Below are positions 1-10,206 of a stretch of 64,000 nucleotides of DNA, in pieces. A model generated the notes under the pieces. The model saw only the letters and a list, made by a program, of their open reading frames with translations, had not been told where the DNA came from and did not search any database. Location: assembly GCA_043798715.1 (NCBI GenBank), contig JAZDOK010000001.1:6480-70479 (forward strand), written 5' to 3'. Origin of the DNA: a bacterium (GTDB lineage Bacteria; Vulcanimicrobiota; JAZDOK01). A program made the translations under genes and the position numbers. Each line of letters opens with the position of its first letter. Within the stretch, counting starts at the first letter, position 1.

Positions 1-364
1 CCTCGAGTGGCGGTTTCATTCCTCTTTCTTCCGAAGGGATGATGGATGCCCGAAAAACGTATGTTGGGCCTGGATCAATAATAAGTTTACCGGTCTTATC
101 CCATAGGTTGATCATCCATACATTCGGTTCACTAACCACTACCAGTAAGTGGAGCTTCATGCCGGGATCCGGCAATTCTTCGCTTCTTCCGTATTTCTCC
201 CCCATTCTGTAAAGAATTTTCGGCTTTGCGCCAAATGAGTGTGGGTCAATACCGGGAGTAACATTTCTTGTAATGATTTTCATCATCGTGTTTGAAGACA
301 GCTGTGCCTGCGCGGCAACAGCTACCAATGCCAGTAGGCAGACTAAAATCAACGACTTTTTCAT
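1..364 (-). CDS. hypothetical secreted protein, partial (N-terminal ~121 aa; continues beyond window start)
   Basis: Reverse-complement ATG at 362-364 is preceded by an aaggaag RBS. The translation MKKSLILVCLLALVAVAAQAQ... shows a classic Sec signal peptide. The ORF has no stop in the window and is absent from the ORF track because it runs off the edge. Confidence 0.4.
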   Translation of the reverse strand, partial: MKKSLILVCLLALVAVAAQAQLSSNTMMKIITRNVTPGIDPHSFGAKPKILYRMGEKYGRSEELPDPGMKLHLLVVVSEPNVWMINLWDKTGKLIIDPGPTYVFRASIIPSEERGMKPPLE

Positions 365-683
365 TTCTCTTCCTTTCTGTCGATTAAAAAATAGAGGTGG
401 TCATTCCCCCCGAAATAGACGCCAGGCCATATTCTGCAGCCCCTGACTTCCTTTATTTATCAGCACCTTGCCCTGTTGATAGCATATAAAGCCCCCCCTT
501 GCCCCTCAAGAAATGCTCCATGACTTTAGGCTGTACATCTTCCCCACCTCAGCTTTTTCTTCAATATACTCTGGAAAATTCCTCCAAGCTCGAATACATT
601 GCCCTTCGTGAAGGAAAAGTAATCGGCTTGCAGAAATTCTCCCTGAATCTTTTGGAACCTGTTTTGCCCGTAAGGGGATTTTT

Positions 684-3185
684 TTGAAACTAACAGACGG
701 AAGATGCGGCCTTCTTAAGGGCCGTTTTGCCTCCTTCCCTGCCTGGAAGCGGGAGGGCCAGTATTTTGCTTCCACCGCGAAGGCCCTCGGCCCAAAGCCT
801 TGCCTGGACGAGGAGACCGCCCGCCATTTCGATGAGTTCCGCATCCTCTACGACACCGTCGTCAAAATACTCTTCAACTTTCGCCAGAGCGGGCACCCCG
901 GAGGGGCCATCTCGGTGGGGCCTCAGCTCATCGGGCTTTTCCTGGACACCCTGCGCTATGACATCAGCCGCCCTGAAAGCGAGGAGAACGACGTGGTGGG
1001 CCTGGCCTCGGGACACAAGGCCAACGGTCTCTATGCCATTCTCAGCCTCCTCTTCGAGGCGGTCAGGATGCGCGAGCCTTCGCTCCTCCCTGCGAATGCC
1101 ATTTTCTTTCACGACCTTCTGGGTTTCCGCCGCAACCGGACCTATCGCTCCCGCTTGGCGGACGCCCTCCACCCTTGCCCTCTTGACGGCCACCCCACTC
1201 CCGAGACTCCCTTTGTCAGGATAGCCTCCGGAGCCTCCGGCTACGCCGTCTCCCAGCTCCTGGGCCTGGCCCTGGCCTTAAGGGAGCGTTTCTCGGGGGA
1301 GCGCCCGCCATACGTATTCATTCTCGAAGGCGACGGCGCCTCGACCACGGGGCGCTTCCAGGAGGCCTGGCAGATCGCCCACAACCTGCGCTTGGGCAAC
1401 GTTCTCTTCCTGTACGATTACAACAACGCCTGTATAGATGAGGACCGGGTCGTCGGGACCTGCGACGGCGCCCGCCTTTTGGATGGGCACGTGGCCTCCT
1501 GGATTCCGGAGGAGCTGGCCCGGACGCACGGGGGAAACGTCGTCACCGTTGACGACGGCCATGATTTTGATCATGTCATCGCCGGCTTTGATCTTATGGG
1601 CCGCCTCCTCAAAAAAAGTCCGCGCTTCCCGGTCGGCGTCTTCCACACTATAAAAGGGAAAGGCTATGACCCGGCGGGCGGCGCCACCGGCCGCAAGTTC
1701 CACGGGGCCGGGCACATGATGGACAGCCCCGAATACTTCGCCTCGCAAAAAAAGTTCGAGAATTATTTCAATGCCACGCTCCCCCGGATGCCTGGAAATC
1801 CCGATCGGGACACCGTCGAGGAGTATTTCTTAAAAAGCCTCGATGCCGTGCGCGATACCCTTTGCAAAAGATCCGACCTCACCGATTTCGTCTTCGGTCG
1901 AATAAGGCAGGCCAAGAGACGCCTCCCCGGGAAGAGAAAAATTTCCTTGGCCGACGCCCGTCCACTCGTCGAATTCGTCCGGGAAAAGCCGCTTGATCCT
2001 CTCAATCCCTCTCAAGAGATCCTTGTTACGCCCGGCAAGGCCTCCTTCCGCAAGCAGTACGTCGAGATCCTCGGATATCTCCACCGCCTCACCAACGGCG
2101 CCCTCTGGGTCATCTCGGCCGATCTCCTCTCCTCTACCCTCCCCGACATCGCCGCGCACCTCGGCGGAGTGCCGGAGGGTGAACAGACCTCCCCCGAATT
2201 TTTTTACGGACCTGAGAGTTTCTACTACGGCGAGAAAAACCGCCAATCCCGCATCCTCCACGGCGGAGGAATAACCGAGGACGCCAATTCGGGCCTGGCG
2301 CTCGGGATCGGAGCTGAAGGTCATTATGCCGCCCTGGCCACCTCCTACGGCGCCTTCCAGTCCCTGGCCCACACGCATGTGCGCGTCGCCAACGGCCCCC
2401 TGGGATCCCCGGAAAGGCAGAAGCGCATCCCCGCGCAGATAGGCGCCTTCCACGCATCGCTCTGGACGGGGCCGGACGGGGTGCGCACTCATGCCGACCC
2501 GCAGGCCCTCTCCACCTGGCGGGAAAATTTTCCCTACGGTGGAGTCGTGACTATCCTCCCGATTGACCCGGCGGAGATATTCCCCCTGCTCCTGGCCGCT
2601 TACCGGGCCCGCCCCACCGCCATCATTCCCTTTATTCCCAGGCCTGACGGAATCTGTTTTGACCGGGAAAAGCTGGGATTTGCCCCGGCCGGCAACGCCG
2701 CCCGGGGAGGCTACGTCCTGCGCCCCGCGAAGGAAGGTGAAGTCCACGGGACGGTCGTGCTGCAGGGAGCCGGTGCGTCCAAAATCTTCATCGAGAGCGT
2801 CCTTCCGGAACTCGACCGCCGGTGGAACCTTTCCATCACCGCCATCACCAGCCACGAGCTCTTTCGGATGCAGCCGCCGGAGGAGCGGGACCGCGTCCTT
2901 CCCTTCCTGGACAAAGAGCGCGTACGGCGCAGTTGCGTGGCCATCACCGAGTTCACCGAGGGGACGATCCGCCCCTACGTGGATGAAATCGGCCTCCGCT
3001 ACTCCCTTTTTTCCTACAAGCCGCCGGATCAACTAGGAAAAGACGCCGACGAGCGAGAGAGCGTGGGACCCTACGGGAGCGGGGAGCCGGAGGAAATTTT
3101 CCGGGAGGCCCACCTCGATGCCGAGGAACAGTTGCGAGCGGTGAATGCCTATCTGGAGAATATCAACGCAGGAAAAAATCTCTGA
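684..3185 (+). CDS. transketolase-family thiamine-diphosphate-dependent enzyme (833 aa, atypically long; TTG start inferred)
   Basis: SGHPGG TPP-binding motif, GDGASTTG and the DGHD motif typical of transketolases are all present. There is no in-frame ATG near the 5' end, so the start at the TTG is uncertain. Confidence 0.55.
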   Translation: MKLTDGRCGLLKGRFASFPAWKREGQYFASTAKALGPKPCLDEETARHFDEFRILYDTVVKILFNFRQSGHPGGAISVGPQLIGLFLDTLRYDISRPESEENDVVGLASGHKANGLYAILSLLFEAVRMREPSLLPANAIFFHDLLGFRRNRTYRSRLADALHPCPLDGHPTPETPFVRIASGASGYAVSQLLGLALALRERFSGERPPYVFILEGDGASTTGRFQEAWQIAHNLRLGNVLFLYDYNNACIDEDRVVGTCDGARLLDGHVASWIPEELARTHGGNVVTVDDGHDFDHVIAGFDLMGRLLKKSPRFPVGVFHTIKGKGYDPAGGATGRKFHGAGHMMDSPEYFASQKKFENYFNATLPRMPGNPDRDTVEEYFLKSLDAVRDTLCKRSDLTDFVFGRIRQAKRRLPGKRKISLADARPLVEFVREKPLDPLNPSQEILVTPGKASFRKQYVEILGYLHRLTNGALWVISADLLSSTLPDIAAHLGGVPEGEQTSPEFFYGPESFYYGEKNRQSRILHGGGITEDANSGLALGIGAEGHYAALATSYGAFQSLAHTHVRVANGPLGSPERQKRIPAQIGAFHASLWTGPDGVRTHADPQALSTWRENFPYGGVVTILPIDPAEIFPLLLAAYRARPTAIIPFIPRPDGICFDREKLGFAPAGNAARGGYVLRPAKEGEVHGTVVLQGAGASKIFIESVLPELDRRWNLSITAITSHELFRMQPPEERDRVLPFLDKERVRRSCVAITEFTEGTIRPYVDEIGLRYSLFSYKPPDQLGKDADERESVGPYGSGEPEEIFREAHLDAEEQLRAVNAYLENINAGKNL

Positions 3186-3223
3186 AAGTCTAATTCTCAG
3201 GAAAAATGAAAGGAGAAATAAAG

Positions 3224-3790
3224 ATGGGTAAAATCGTAAAGACTATTGTACTGGGGGTTCTTCTTGTAATTGCGGCGGGAGTTCTGCTTCCGGCGCCGGC
3301 CAGCACAAAAGGAAAGGGGACAAAGATGAAAAACAGAATCGCGGTCTTTGAGACCAACATGGGAACGTTTGAGGCGGAACTTTTTGAGGACAAGGCGCCC
3401 GTCACGACCGGAAACTTTATTTCGCTTATTGGGAAAGGCTTCTACAACGGAGTCATTTTTCATCGGGTGATTGACGGTTTTATGATCCAGGGCGGAGATC
3501 CCACCGGCACCGGCATGGGCGGCCCCGGCTACACCATCAAGGACGAATTCGGGCCGGGCCTCAAACATGATTCGAAGGGCATCCTCTCGATGGCCAACGC
3601 CGGCCCCGATACAGGCGGCAGCCAGTTTTTCATCACCCTGGCCCCCACCCCACATCTGAACGGGAAGCACGCCATCTTCGGAAAGGTCATCTCGGGGATG
3701 AACGTGGTTGAGACGATAGGCAAGGTCAAGACCGGACCCAATGACCGCCCCGTCAAGGACGTGGTGATGAAAAAAGTCACCCTCAAGTAA
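3224..3790 (+). CDS. peptidyl-prolyl cis-trans isomerase, cyclophilin type, with N-terminal signal/anchor
   Basis: Cyclophilin core [32 protein letters not shown]...HAIFGKV. An aaaggag RBS lies 8 nt upstream of the ATG at 3224. The N-terminus [23 protein letters not shown] is hydrophobic. Confidence 0.85.
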   Translation: MGKIVKTIVLGVLLVIAAGVLLPAPASTKGKGTKMKNRIAVFETNMGTFEAELFEDKAPVTTGNFISLIGKGFYNGVIFHRVIDGFMIQGGDPTGTGMGGPGYTIKDEFGPGLKHDSKGILSMANAGPDTGGSQFFITLAPTPHLNGKHAIFGKVISGMNVVETIGKVKTGPNDRPVKDVVMKKVTLK

Positions 3791-3830
3791 ATATAAAAAA
3801 ATCCCTTCATAAACCGCAGATTGCGCAGAA

Positions 3831-3873
3831 CAAAAGGGGAGGAGGGGGACACCCCCTCCTCCCCTTTTGTTTT
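3831..3873. terminator. bidirectional rho-independent terminator between convergent PPIase and HD-GYP genes
   Basis: Perfect 13-bp inverted repeat GGGGAGGAGGGGG-ACA-CCCCCTCCTCCCC flanked by CAAAA upstream and TTTTGTTTT downstream. Confidence 0.7.
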
Positions 3874-3911
3874 ACAGAGTTTGGATCGCCCGGGATGCCC
3901 TCCGGGAACTT

Positions 3912-6900
3912 TCAAGAGGCGACTTGTTTCTCCACCAGCGCCAGGAATCGATCCACCAGTTCGGGATCAAATTGGCTGCCGGCGCCCTTCCTCAATTCTC
4001 TGGCGGCCATGTTAAGGGGAATCCCCTTGCGATACGACCGATCGGAAATCATAGCATCCCAGGTATCCGTAATGCTGATGATGCGGGCAGCCAGTGGAAT
4101 GTTTTCTCCGCTGAGCCCGTCCGGGTAGCCCTCTCCATCCCAGCGTTCGTGGTGACCCCGCACCGTCGGCAGGATAGGCCGAAGCGATGGGATTGGCCGG
4201 AGTATCTCTTCCCCTATAATCGGGTGCTGCTTGATAATCCCGTATTCTTCCTCGGTGAGCACGGTAGTCTTATTCAGAATTTCTTTGGGGATCTCCAACT
4301 TTCCGATATCATGAAAAGCACTGCACTGGGTCAGATCGACGTCCTCCAGGAAGAGAGCCAGCCGGTCCTGCTCCTCAGAGGAGTAGCGGGAGGGGGCTAC
4401 CTGGGTTTCACCGATATCGTGCAGTAGTGCGCCTTCCTCAATCAGGCGCAGATCCTTTTCGTCCGTGACGCCGATCTCCGCCGCCAGGGAGACCGATAGA
4501 TCGCTCACCCGGGTGGAGTGTTCAAAGGCGTCGTCATTGTTGGCCTTGAGCATGAGGGCCAACATCTTGGCTGCGGACCGCTCACCGGTCACATCGTCCT
4601 TGTAGGATTTGCGGAGTATCACTTCAATGCAGGTAGTGGCCAGACGGGAGGCCTGCTGACTGTGCTTTAATGGAGCCTGCCTGCTGAAATACTCCAACTG
4701 CGCGGCATCTTTCATGCACTTCTGGATCGTGGCTTCCTTGGCGGTTTCCAAAATATTCTGGTGTGGGCTCTCCCCCAACTGCTGCTTTTTAAGTTGATTG
4801 AGGATGTATTCCGATTGGAAAGTGTAATACCGATCGCGGCCGCTCCCCTGGCCGAAGCCGCTATGCCCGCCTTTTTCGTCAGCCGGTGTCTCCGAAGTTC
4901 TTGAAACCTCGACGATGAGGGAGCGGCTCTGAGAAAAATCGAGCGTCCTGGCATTGGACTTGGAGGTGATTTTCTCGGCTAAAGTATCCATCTCCCCCAC
5001 GGAGAAGGAGACATAACGAAAGTCCCGCGTACCGGTACGGACAGGTTCCTTCTGGCCGGCCTGAAGCACGTGAGCCCGGGCGGCCGCCTCACCGGAGCGT
5101 CCTTCCTTTTCATAGGAAGAATCGGATGAAACCATGCTCTTTTTGACGAAGGCAGTCTGAACTATTGGAGGAGGCGGGGCCTCCTGAAATGAAGAAAAAG
5201 GCGGAGTCCGAGAGCTCTCATGGGCCGCCAGGAGCACCGCTCCAATACTTCCCGCCTCGGCGACCGGCGCCTTCTGAGCCTGAAAAGAAGCCTGGGTAAG
5301 ACCTTCTATATCATGAGTTTCGACATCCGCGATGTTCAAGACGCCAAAGTTCGACTGGGCGCCCTCCGCCTCCGCGGAAGGAGCCCCATCCGATTCTTCC
5401 CCGACTGCGGCCCAATTTAACTCTGCATCCCGCTCCCTGCTTTTTTTGGCGTCCTTTGGGACGTATTCAGCGGCGAGCTGAGCCATCATCGGGAGATGAA
5501 GATCCGGCTTTGCGCGGGCCTCCTCATGATGCTGGATGACCGTTGAAACAAAAGCCTGTTCCTCGGCCTGCCGCGCATCTTCCACGACAGACGAAGAAGG
5601 CTGAGTGCTTTCCGCCTGAAAAGCCTGAACCTCGCTCCCGGCGGCGGGGGAAAGATAGCGGGAAATATCCCGGCGATTGAGGGAAGGGGAAGCCGAACCT
5701 GCCTCCTCAGCTTTGTCGGGCGCCTCCTTCTTGAGCGGCTTGTCGGTTTTTTCCTCCATGGAAGAAGAGGATATCACTCTGGCCTGCTGGTTAGCCTGGG
5801 GCTTAAGCAAAAGCTGGGCTTCCAGGGTCTCCCTGGCTGAAAGGCTCTGAGGTTCCTGCTTTGGAGGAGGTTCTGATTTCGCAGTTTCCTGGGGTTTGGG
5901 CGCCTCATCCCTGAGCGGCTTCGGCGGCTCCGGAAGAGCAGGCCGGGCCTGGATCTTAGGCGGTGATATTTCGGCATCACCTGTTTTGAGATTTTTCTCC
6001 CCGACTGCCGGCGGGGGAGCGGATGCGGCCCGGGTTACGGATCTGTTCAGCGACATTCCCCCCCCGGGCGATGCAGGAGGCGTCGGCCTTGTGCCTAAAA
6101 CATTCGCCCGCAGAGGCGACTGAACCTGATTCCTGTTAAGTGGCTGGAACAGATCCTGTCCGGATTCTCCTTTTGAGGAAGCGTTAGTATCCTTCCCGTC
6201 TCTGGTCGCAAGAGATTCCTTTTCCATATTAATTTTATTGAGGCTGGCCAGGAGAACCTGTGAAACCTCCGGCTGAAAATTCATCGGAAAGCCGGACTTG
6301 GCCGGTGACGCCTGTACCGGGGTGGACGATAGAGATGCATTCGCGACGGAACCGCCATCCGCCGCCGGTTTCCCGGGCGGGGGAGAAGACGCTGTGGTCC
6401 TGGACCCAGTCAATGGAGGAGAAGACATCTTTGGGGTTGTCGGCAAGGCGGCGCCAGAGGAAAAAGCGGAGCTTGTCATGGACAACGGTTTCTGAGGCGA
6501 AGACTCCGCCCTGGATGAAGACTCCCCGCTTAAAACAGGTGGGCTTCTTTTCGCGGGGGACGCCTCGGCCTTGTCCATCTTTATATCAGGACGGCGCGCA
6601 GGGAGTGAATCCGAGCCTGCTTTGCTTAAGACAGGGGGCTCCTTCTTAGCCGGCGAAGCGCTCTTTTCCGCCGGAGGAGCCTCGGCTTTGCTCATCTTTA
6701 TTTCAGAACGGAGGGAAGGAACTTCCTTCCCTGTCTTGACTTCCGCCTTTTTTGAAGAAGTTCCGTCTTCCCTGGCAATTTCAGCCGCGCTTTTTGCCTT
6801 CTCCGGAGAGCTCTTCGCCTCCGGAGCGGAAAAGCCGAAAGTCCTCGAAAGGGATTGGAAGCGATCAGCAATCTTCTGATTGATGGCGATGAGATAGGGA

Positions 6901-7067
6901 AGTTTTCCGACGTCCACCCGGTCTCTGGAGGACGAGGAAAGCGACTTCCCATCTGAGACACCTTTCAAGCCATTTCTTCCGGAGACGCTCTCCTGACCCT
7001 GGGCGGGCAGGGTTCCGCTTCTTCCGACGGGCTTTAACGGGCCAAACAGGTTCCAGAATTGTTCCAT
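3912..7067 (-). CDS. HD-GYP domain phosphodiesterase (c-di-GMP) with ~780-aa low-complexity S/P/A/K/E-rich N-terminal region
   Basis: The C-terminus carries HD...HDIGK...HHERWDGEGYPDGL (HD-GYP signature). The N-terminal two thirds are compositionally biased and contain a duplicated ~35-aa unit (IKMSKAEAPPAEK.. / IKMDKAEASPAKR..). Confidence 0.75.
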   Translation of the reverse strand: MEQFWNLFGPLKPVGRSGTLPAQGQESVSGRNGLKGVSDGKSLSSSSRDRVDVGKLPYLIAINQKIADRFQSLSRTFGFSAPEAKSSPEKAKSAAEIAREDGTSSKKAEVKTGKEVPSLRSEIKMSKAEAPPAEKSASPAKKEPPVLSKAGSDSLPARRPDIKMDKAEASPAKRSPPVLSGESSSRAESSPQKPLSMTSSAFSSGAALPTTPKMSSPPLTGSRTTASSPPPGKPAADGGSVANASLSSTPVQASPAKSGFPMNFQPEVSQVLLASLNKINMEKESLATRDGKDTNASSKGESGQDLFQPLNRNQVQSPLRANVLGTRPTPPASPGGGMSLNRSVTRAASAPPPAVGEKNLKTGDAEISPPKIQARPALPEPPKPLRDEAPKPQETAKSEPPPKQEPQSLSARETLEAQLLLKPQANQQARVISSSSMEEKTDKPLKKEAPDKAEEAGSASPSLNRRDISRYLSPAAGSEVQAFQAESTQPSSSVVEDARQAEEQAFVSTVIQHHEEARAKPDLHLPMMAQLAAEYVPKDAKKSRERDAELNWAAVGEESDGAPSAEAEGAQSNFGVLNIADVETHDIEGLTQASFQAQKAPVAEAGSIGAVLLAAHESSRTPPFSSFQEAPPPPIVQTAFVKKSMVSSDSSYEKEGRSGEAAARAHVLQAGQKEPVRTGTRDFRYVSFSVGEMDTLAEKITSKSNARTLDFSQSRSLIVEVSRTSETPADEKGGHSGFGQGSGRDRYYTFQSEYILNQLKKQQLGESPHQNILETAKEATIQKCMKDAAQLEYFSRQAPLKHSQQASRLATTCIEVILRKSYKDDVTGERSAAKMLALMLKANNDDAFEHSTRVSDLSVSLAAEIGVTDEKDLRLIEEGALLHDIGETQVAPSRYSSEEQDRLALFLEDVDLTQCSAFHDIGKLEIPKEILNKTTVLTEEEYGIIKQHPIIGEEILRPIPSLRPILPTVRGHHERWDGEGYPDGLSGENIPLAARIISITDTWDAMISDRSYRKGIPLNMAARELRKGAGSQFDPELVDRFLALVEKQVAS

Positions 7068-7150
7068 CCGGTCGAGCTCCTCTTACATTTCTTCACTTGT
7101 GTATCACGACCGGGGCGGCAAAAGTAAAGGAAGCAAGAGGTCGTTCCCGG

Positions 7151-7396
7151 CTAAAGGGCCAGGAGTTCTTTTATCTTCTCCTTGTCAAAGCCGACGACGA
7201 TCTGTCCGTCAAAGTCCAGCACCGGGACCCCTCTCTGCTGGCTCAGCTCGATCATCTTCTGGGCCTGCGCCCGATCCGAGGAGACGTCTATGTCCTCAAA
7301 TTCGACGCCGTTCTCCCGAAGAAACTCTTTCGCCCGAATGCAATAGGGGCAGGTCGGAGTGGAGTAAACCGTCAATTTTTTCTTCATGGCAAACAT
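7151..7396 (-). CDS. glutaredoxin-family protein (CPYC active site)
   Basis: KLTVYSTPTCPYCIRAKEFLRENGVEFEDIDV... is a glutaredoxin/NrdH-like fold with a CPYC motif. Confidence 0.85.
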   Translation of the reverse strand: MFAMKKKLTVYSTPTCPYCIRAKEFLRENGVEFEDIDVSSDRAQAQKMIELSQQRGVPVLDFDGQIVVGFDKEKIKELLAL

Positions 7397-7453
7397 TCCT
7401 TTCCAAGTTATCCTTCGCGAAAAAATTCTTCTTCCGGGTTTCGGGTTCCTGCA

Positions 7454-8671
7454 TCATGCCCCCCGTCCGAGCTCCAGGTAAATTCCGTCGTCAAGGACGA
7501 GTTCCGAAGTGATGAAAGGTCCCAGGCTGTCAAAAACCATTTTTTTAAACTCCGGATTCCCGGGCGGTCCGTCCGGCGAAGTTCCAAAGAATGAAAATTG
7601 GACTCTATCAGGCCTCAGGCGCCTGACAAACCCGATGGTCTCAAGAACTGAGGAGGGGCTGTCGCCGGGACAGCCCAGGCGCAACCTGAGTTGAACCTGA
7701 ATTCCGACGTTCTTGCAGGCACTCACCACCTGTTCGATTTTATCAAGATCAATCCGGCGAAAATGTCGTTCAAGAACCTCTGCGGAGCCGGATTCCACGT
7801 TAAAACTCAGATAACGACACCCGCTCCTCTTCATCAGGCCCAGAAGCTCCACTTCCAGATTTATCGGGTTGGTGTCGGCGATCCCCCACTCCCTATCGAG
7901 CTTTCTTTCGATAGCCAGGTTGCAGATGCCCTCCAGGTGATCCCTGACAGAGACAATGTTGTCATCCTCAAACCGGAATTCCCTCACCTCGAACTCATCC
8001 CTGAGATAGATCATTTCGGCGATGACGGCACCCGGGCTCCTCAGGCGAAAACCCTTTCCCCACATGGAGGCGCCGGAGCACCCCCGGCAGTCATTCAAAC
8101 AGCCACGGCTTGAAATGATATGTATGGCCGGAAAATTTTCCCCCGTGCCGGAGGGCACCTTGTACTTCCGCGGATCCATCTGTTGCCAGTCGGGAATCGG
8201 CAGGGAGTCGAGAACCTCTATATTCCTTCTTTTCTTCAGAAACCTGGTCTTCGGCGTGAGAAGGCCCTCCATGCCCTCCGGGTCCCTCCCTTCCTCCAGC
8301 GCCCGAACGAGTTCCAGAAAAGTCAATTCTCCCTCGCCGACGACGGCGAAATCGGCCCCAGCCTCCCGGAGGGTCCATAGCGCCATGGCCGCCAGGTGCG
8401 GCCCTCCCAGGACGACGGTGTGGCCCCGGGCCTTGAGCTTCCTGGATAAACCAAGGGCCTCCGGGAAATATGCGGACATCACGTTAATACCCACCAGATC
8501 GGCACCCGCGCAACCTTCGACCAGTCTCTCATTGGAAAGGCCGTCCCTGAGGCCGTCGAGGATGGTGGGCCGCTCGCCATGGGCCGCCATGAAAGAAGAA
8601 AGATAGCCGAGCCCGAGGGGAGGGGCGATGAGGAACCCCCGGTAATTGGGGCGCACCAGCATGATTTTCAT
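7454..8671 (-). CDS. B12-binding domain radical SAM protein
   Basis: N-terminal B12-binding-like region (MKIMLVRPNYRGFLIAPPLGLGYLSSF). A CxxxCxxC cluster (CLNDCRGC) is followed by a radical-SAM core. Confidence 0.65.
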   Translation of the reverse strand: MKIMLVRPNYRGFLIAPPLGLGYLSSFMAAHGERPTILDGLRDGLSNERLVEGCAGADLVGINVMSAYFPEALGLSRKLKARGHTVVLGGPHLAAMALWTLREAGADFAVVGEGELTFLELVRALEEGRDPEGMEGLLTPKTRFLKKRRNIEVLDSLPIPDWQQMDPRKYKVPSGTGENFPAIHIISSRGCLNDCRGCSGASMWGKGFRLRSPGAVIAEMIYLRDEFEVREFRFEDDNIVSVRDHLEGICNLAIERKLDREWGIADTNPINLEVELLGLMKRSGCRYLSFNVESGSAEVLERHFRRIDLDKIEQVVSACKNVGIQVQLRLRLGCPGDSPSSVLETIGFVRRLRPDRVQFSFFGTSPDGPPGNPEFKKMVFDSLGPFITSELVLDDGIYLELGRGA

Positions 8672-8790
8672 GCCTTCATAATAAAGGAAAAAATCCTCCT
8701 TGTCCAGAGCCCCCCATTTATAAAGTATTTCAGAGGAGAGGGATTAACAGGTATAAACGAGAATCCATGCCCGTCTGGAATGGAGGAAAC

Positions 8791-10152
8791 ATGAGCCAAA
8801 AACGCCTCGTCGTGGTCGGGGGAAACGCCGCGGGCCTGGCGGCCGCCTCGCAGGCGCGCCGCAGGAACCCCGACCTTTCCATCCTCGTCCTGGAACAATC
8901 TCCATTCATCAGTTTTTCAGCCTGCGGATTCCCCTATTTTCTCTCGGGGGACATCCCCGACTTAAATAGTCTCTTTATCCATCCTCCCGATTATTTCCGC
9001 CGGGAGAGAAAAATAGAAGTCTTAATCCGCCAACGGGTCGTCTCTCTTGACCCTTCGGCCCACCTGGTCACGGCACACGACCAGGAAAAAGGCGAGGAGC
9101 GGACATTCGAATACGACCGACTGATCCTGGCTACAGGGGCCAGGCCGCTCTCGGAAGATTTTTTTAAAGGGAGCCTGCCCGGAATCTTCGCCATCCGCCG
9201 GGCGGAAGACGCCCTGGCACTGGCTGGATTTCTCCTGGCCAGAAAGCCAACCCGGGCCCTTGTCGTCGGAGGATCCTTCCTGGGCCTTACGATGGCCGAA
9301 GGACTCAGAAAAAGGGGGATTGAGGTCACCCTGTCCGAACGCTCAACCCGCCTGCTTCCTGAATTCTCAGAGCCTTTCGGCGAAGAGGTTAAAAAAGAGA
9401 TAAAGAGCCGGGGAATACAGATTACCCTTAACTCCGCCGTATCCTGCTTTGCTGGAGAGCCTGAAAGTTCCCTTCGGGAGGCCGTGCTTTCGGACGGACG
9501 CCGACTCCCCTGCGATCTGGCCGTGCTGGCCCTGGGTGTTGCACCTGATGCAGACCTGGCCCAAAAGGCCGGGATCGCCCTCGGGGCCGGGGGAGCTATC
9601 GCCACCGATCGCTTCCTCCGCACTTCCGCCAGTCATATCTACGCCGCCGGGGACTGCGCGGCCCTGAACAACTTGGTAAGCGGGCGGGAGACCTACTTCC
9701 CGCGCGGCACCTCCGCCAATCGCAGCGGCCGCGCGGCCGGTGAGGCAGCCGCAGGTGGAGAGGCTGATTTTCCCGGCGTCGCGCGCACCATGGCCGCCCG
9801 ATTCTTCGATCTTATGGTGGCCCGGACGGGCCTTAACGAAAAGGAAGCGCGGGATTTTACTTCTTCTCTTAAAGCCACGGATTCCCACTCCCGGTCGCGG
9901 GCCGGATATTTCCCGGGAAGCGAACCCGTCTTCACCCGGATTCTCTTCGACGGAAAAAGCGGCCTCCTCCTGGGAGCCGAGATGATGGGGCGGGAAGGGA
10001 TCGCAACCCGCATCAATACGTACGCGGCCGCTCTCTCAGCCCGGATGACGGTGGATGATGTATCCCGCCTCGACCTGGCCTACTCCCCACCCCTCTCTCC
10101 TGTCTGGGACCCTGTCCTCCTGGCCACGGGCCTGGCCGCCCTGGAGAAATAA
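8791..10152 (+). CDS. FAD-dependent pyridine nucleotide-disulfide oxidoreductase (CoA-disulfide reductase / NADH oxidase family)
   Basis: GxGxxG FAD motif VVVGGNAAGLAAA with redox-active Cys in SFSACGFPY, a second NAD(P) Rossmann motif VVGGSFLGLTMAE, and the dimerisation domain. ATG at 8791 is preceded by a ggagga RBS. Confidence 0.8.
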   Translation: MSQKRLVVVGGNAAGLAAASQARRRNPDLSILVLEQSPFISFSACGFPYFLSGDIPDLNSLFIHPPDYFRRERKIEVLIRQRVVSLDPSAHLVTAHDQEKGEERTFEYDRLILATGARPLSEDFFKGSLPGIFAIRRAEDALALAGFLLARKPTRALVVGGSFLGLTMAEGLRKRGIEVTLSERSTRLLPEFSEPFGEEVKKEIKSRGIQITLNSAVSCFAGEPESSLREAVLSDGRRLPCDLAVLALGVAPDADLAQKAGIALGAGGAIATDRFLRTSASHIYAAGDCAALNNLVSGRETYFPRGTSANRSGRAAGEAAAGGEADFPGVARTMAARFFDLMVARTGLNEKEARDFTSSLKATDSHSRSRAGYFPGSEPVFTRILFDGKSGLLLGAEMMGREGIATRINTYAAALSARMTVDDVSRLDLAYSPPLSPVWDPVLLATGLAALEK

Positions 10153-10206
10153 AAGGGGCGACCTTGCGGCCGTCCCTTCTGAAAAACACTCGAGTCGATG
10201 CTTGTG

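Noticed and set aside
1830-3032. 400-aa minus-strand ORF inside the transketolase-like gene; also the similar large antisense ORFs 29880-31094, 40707-41702 and 62393-63001
   Set aside because: High-GC antisense open frames overlapping well-supported genes with recognisable domains. They show no motifs and no RBS.
7097-7594. Plus-strand ORFs (165 and 137 aa) overlapping the glutaredoxin and radical SAM genes
   Set aside because: They are antisense to two well-supported genes, with no motifs.
10153-10190. GC-rich imperfect hairpin (GGGGCGACCTTGCGGCCGTCCC) after the oxidoreductase gene as a terminator
   Set aside because: The stem has mismatches and there is no adjacent U-run, so the support is weak.
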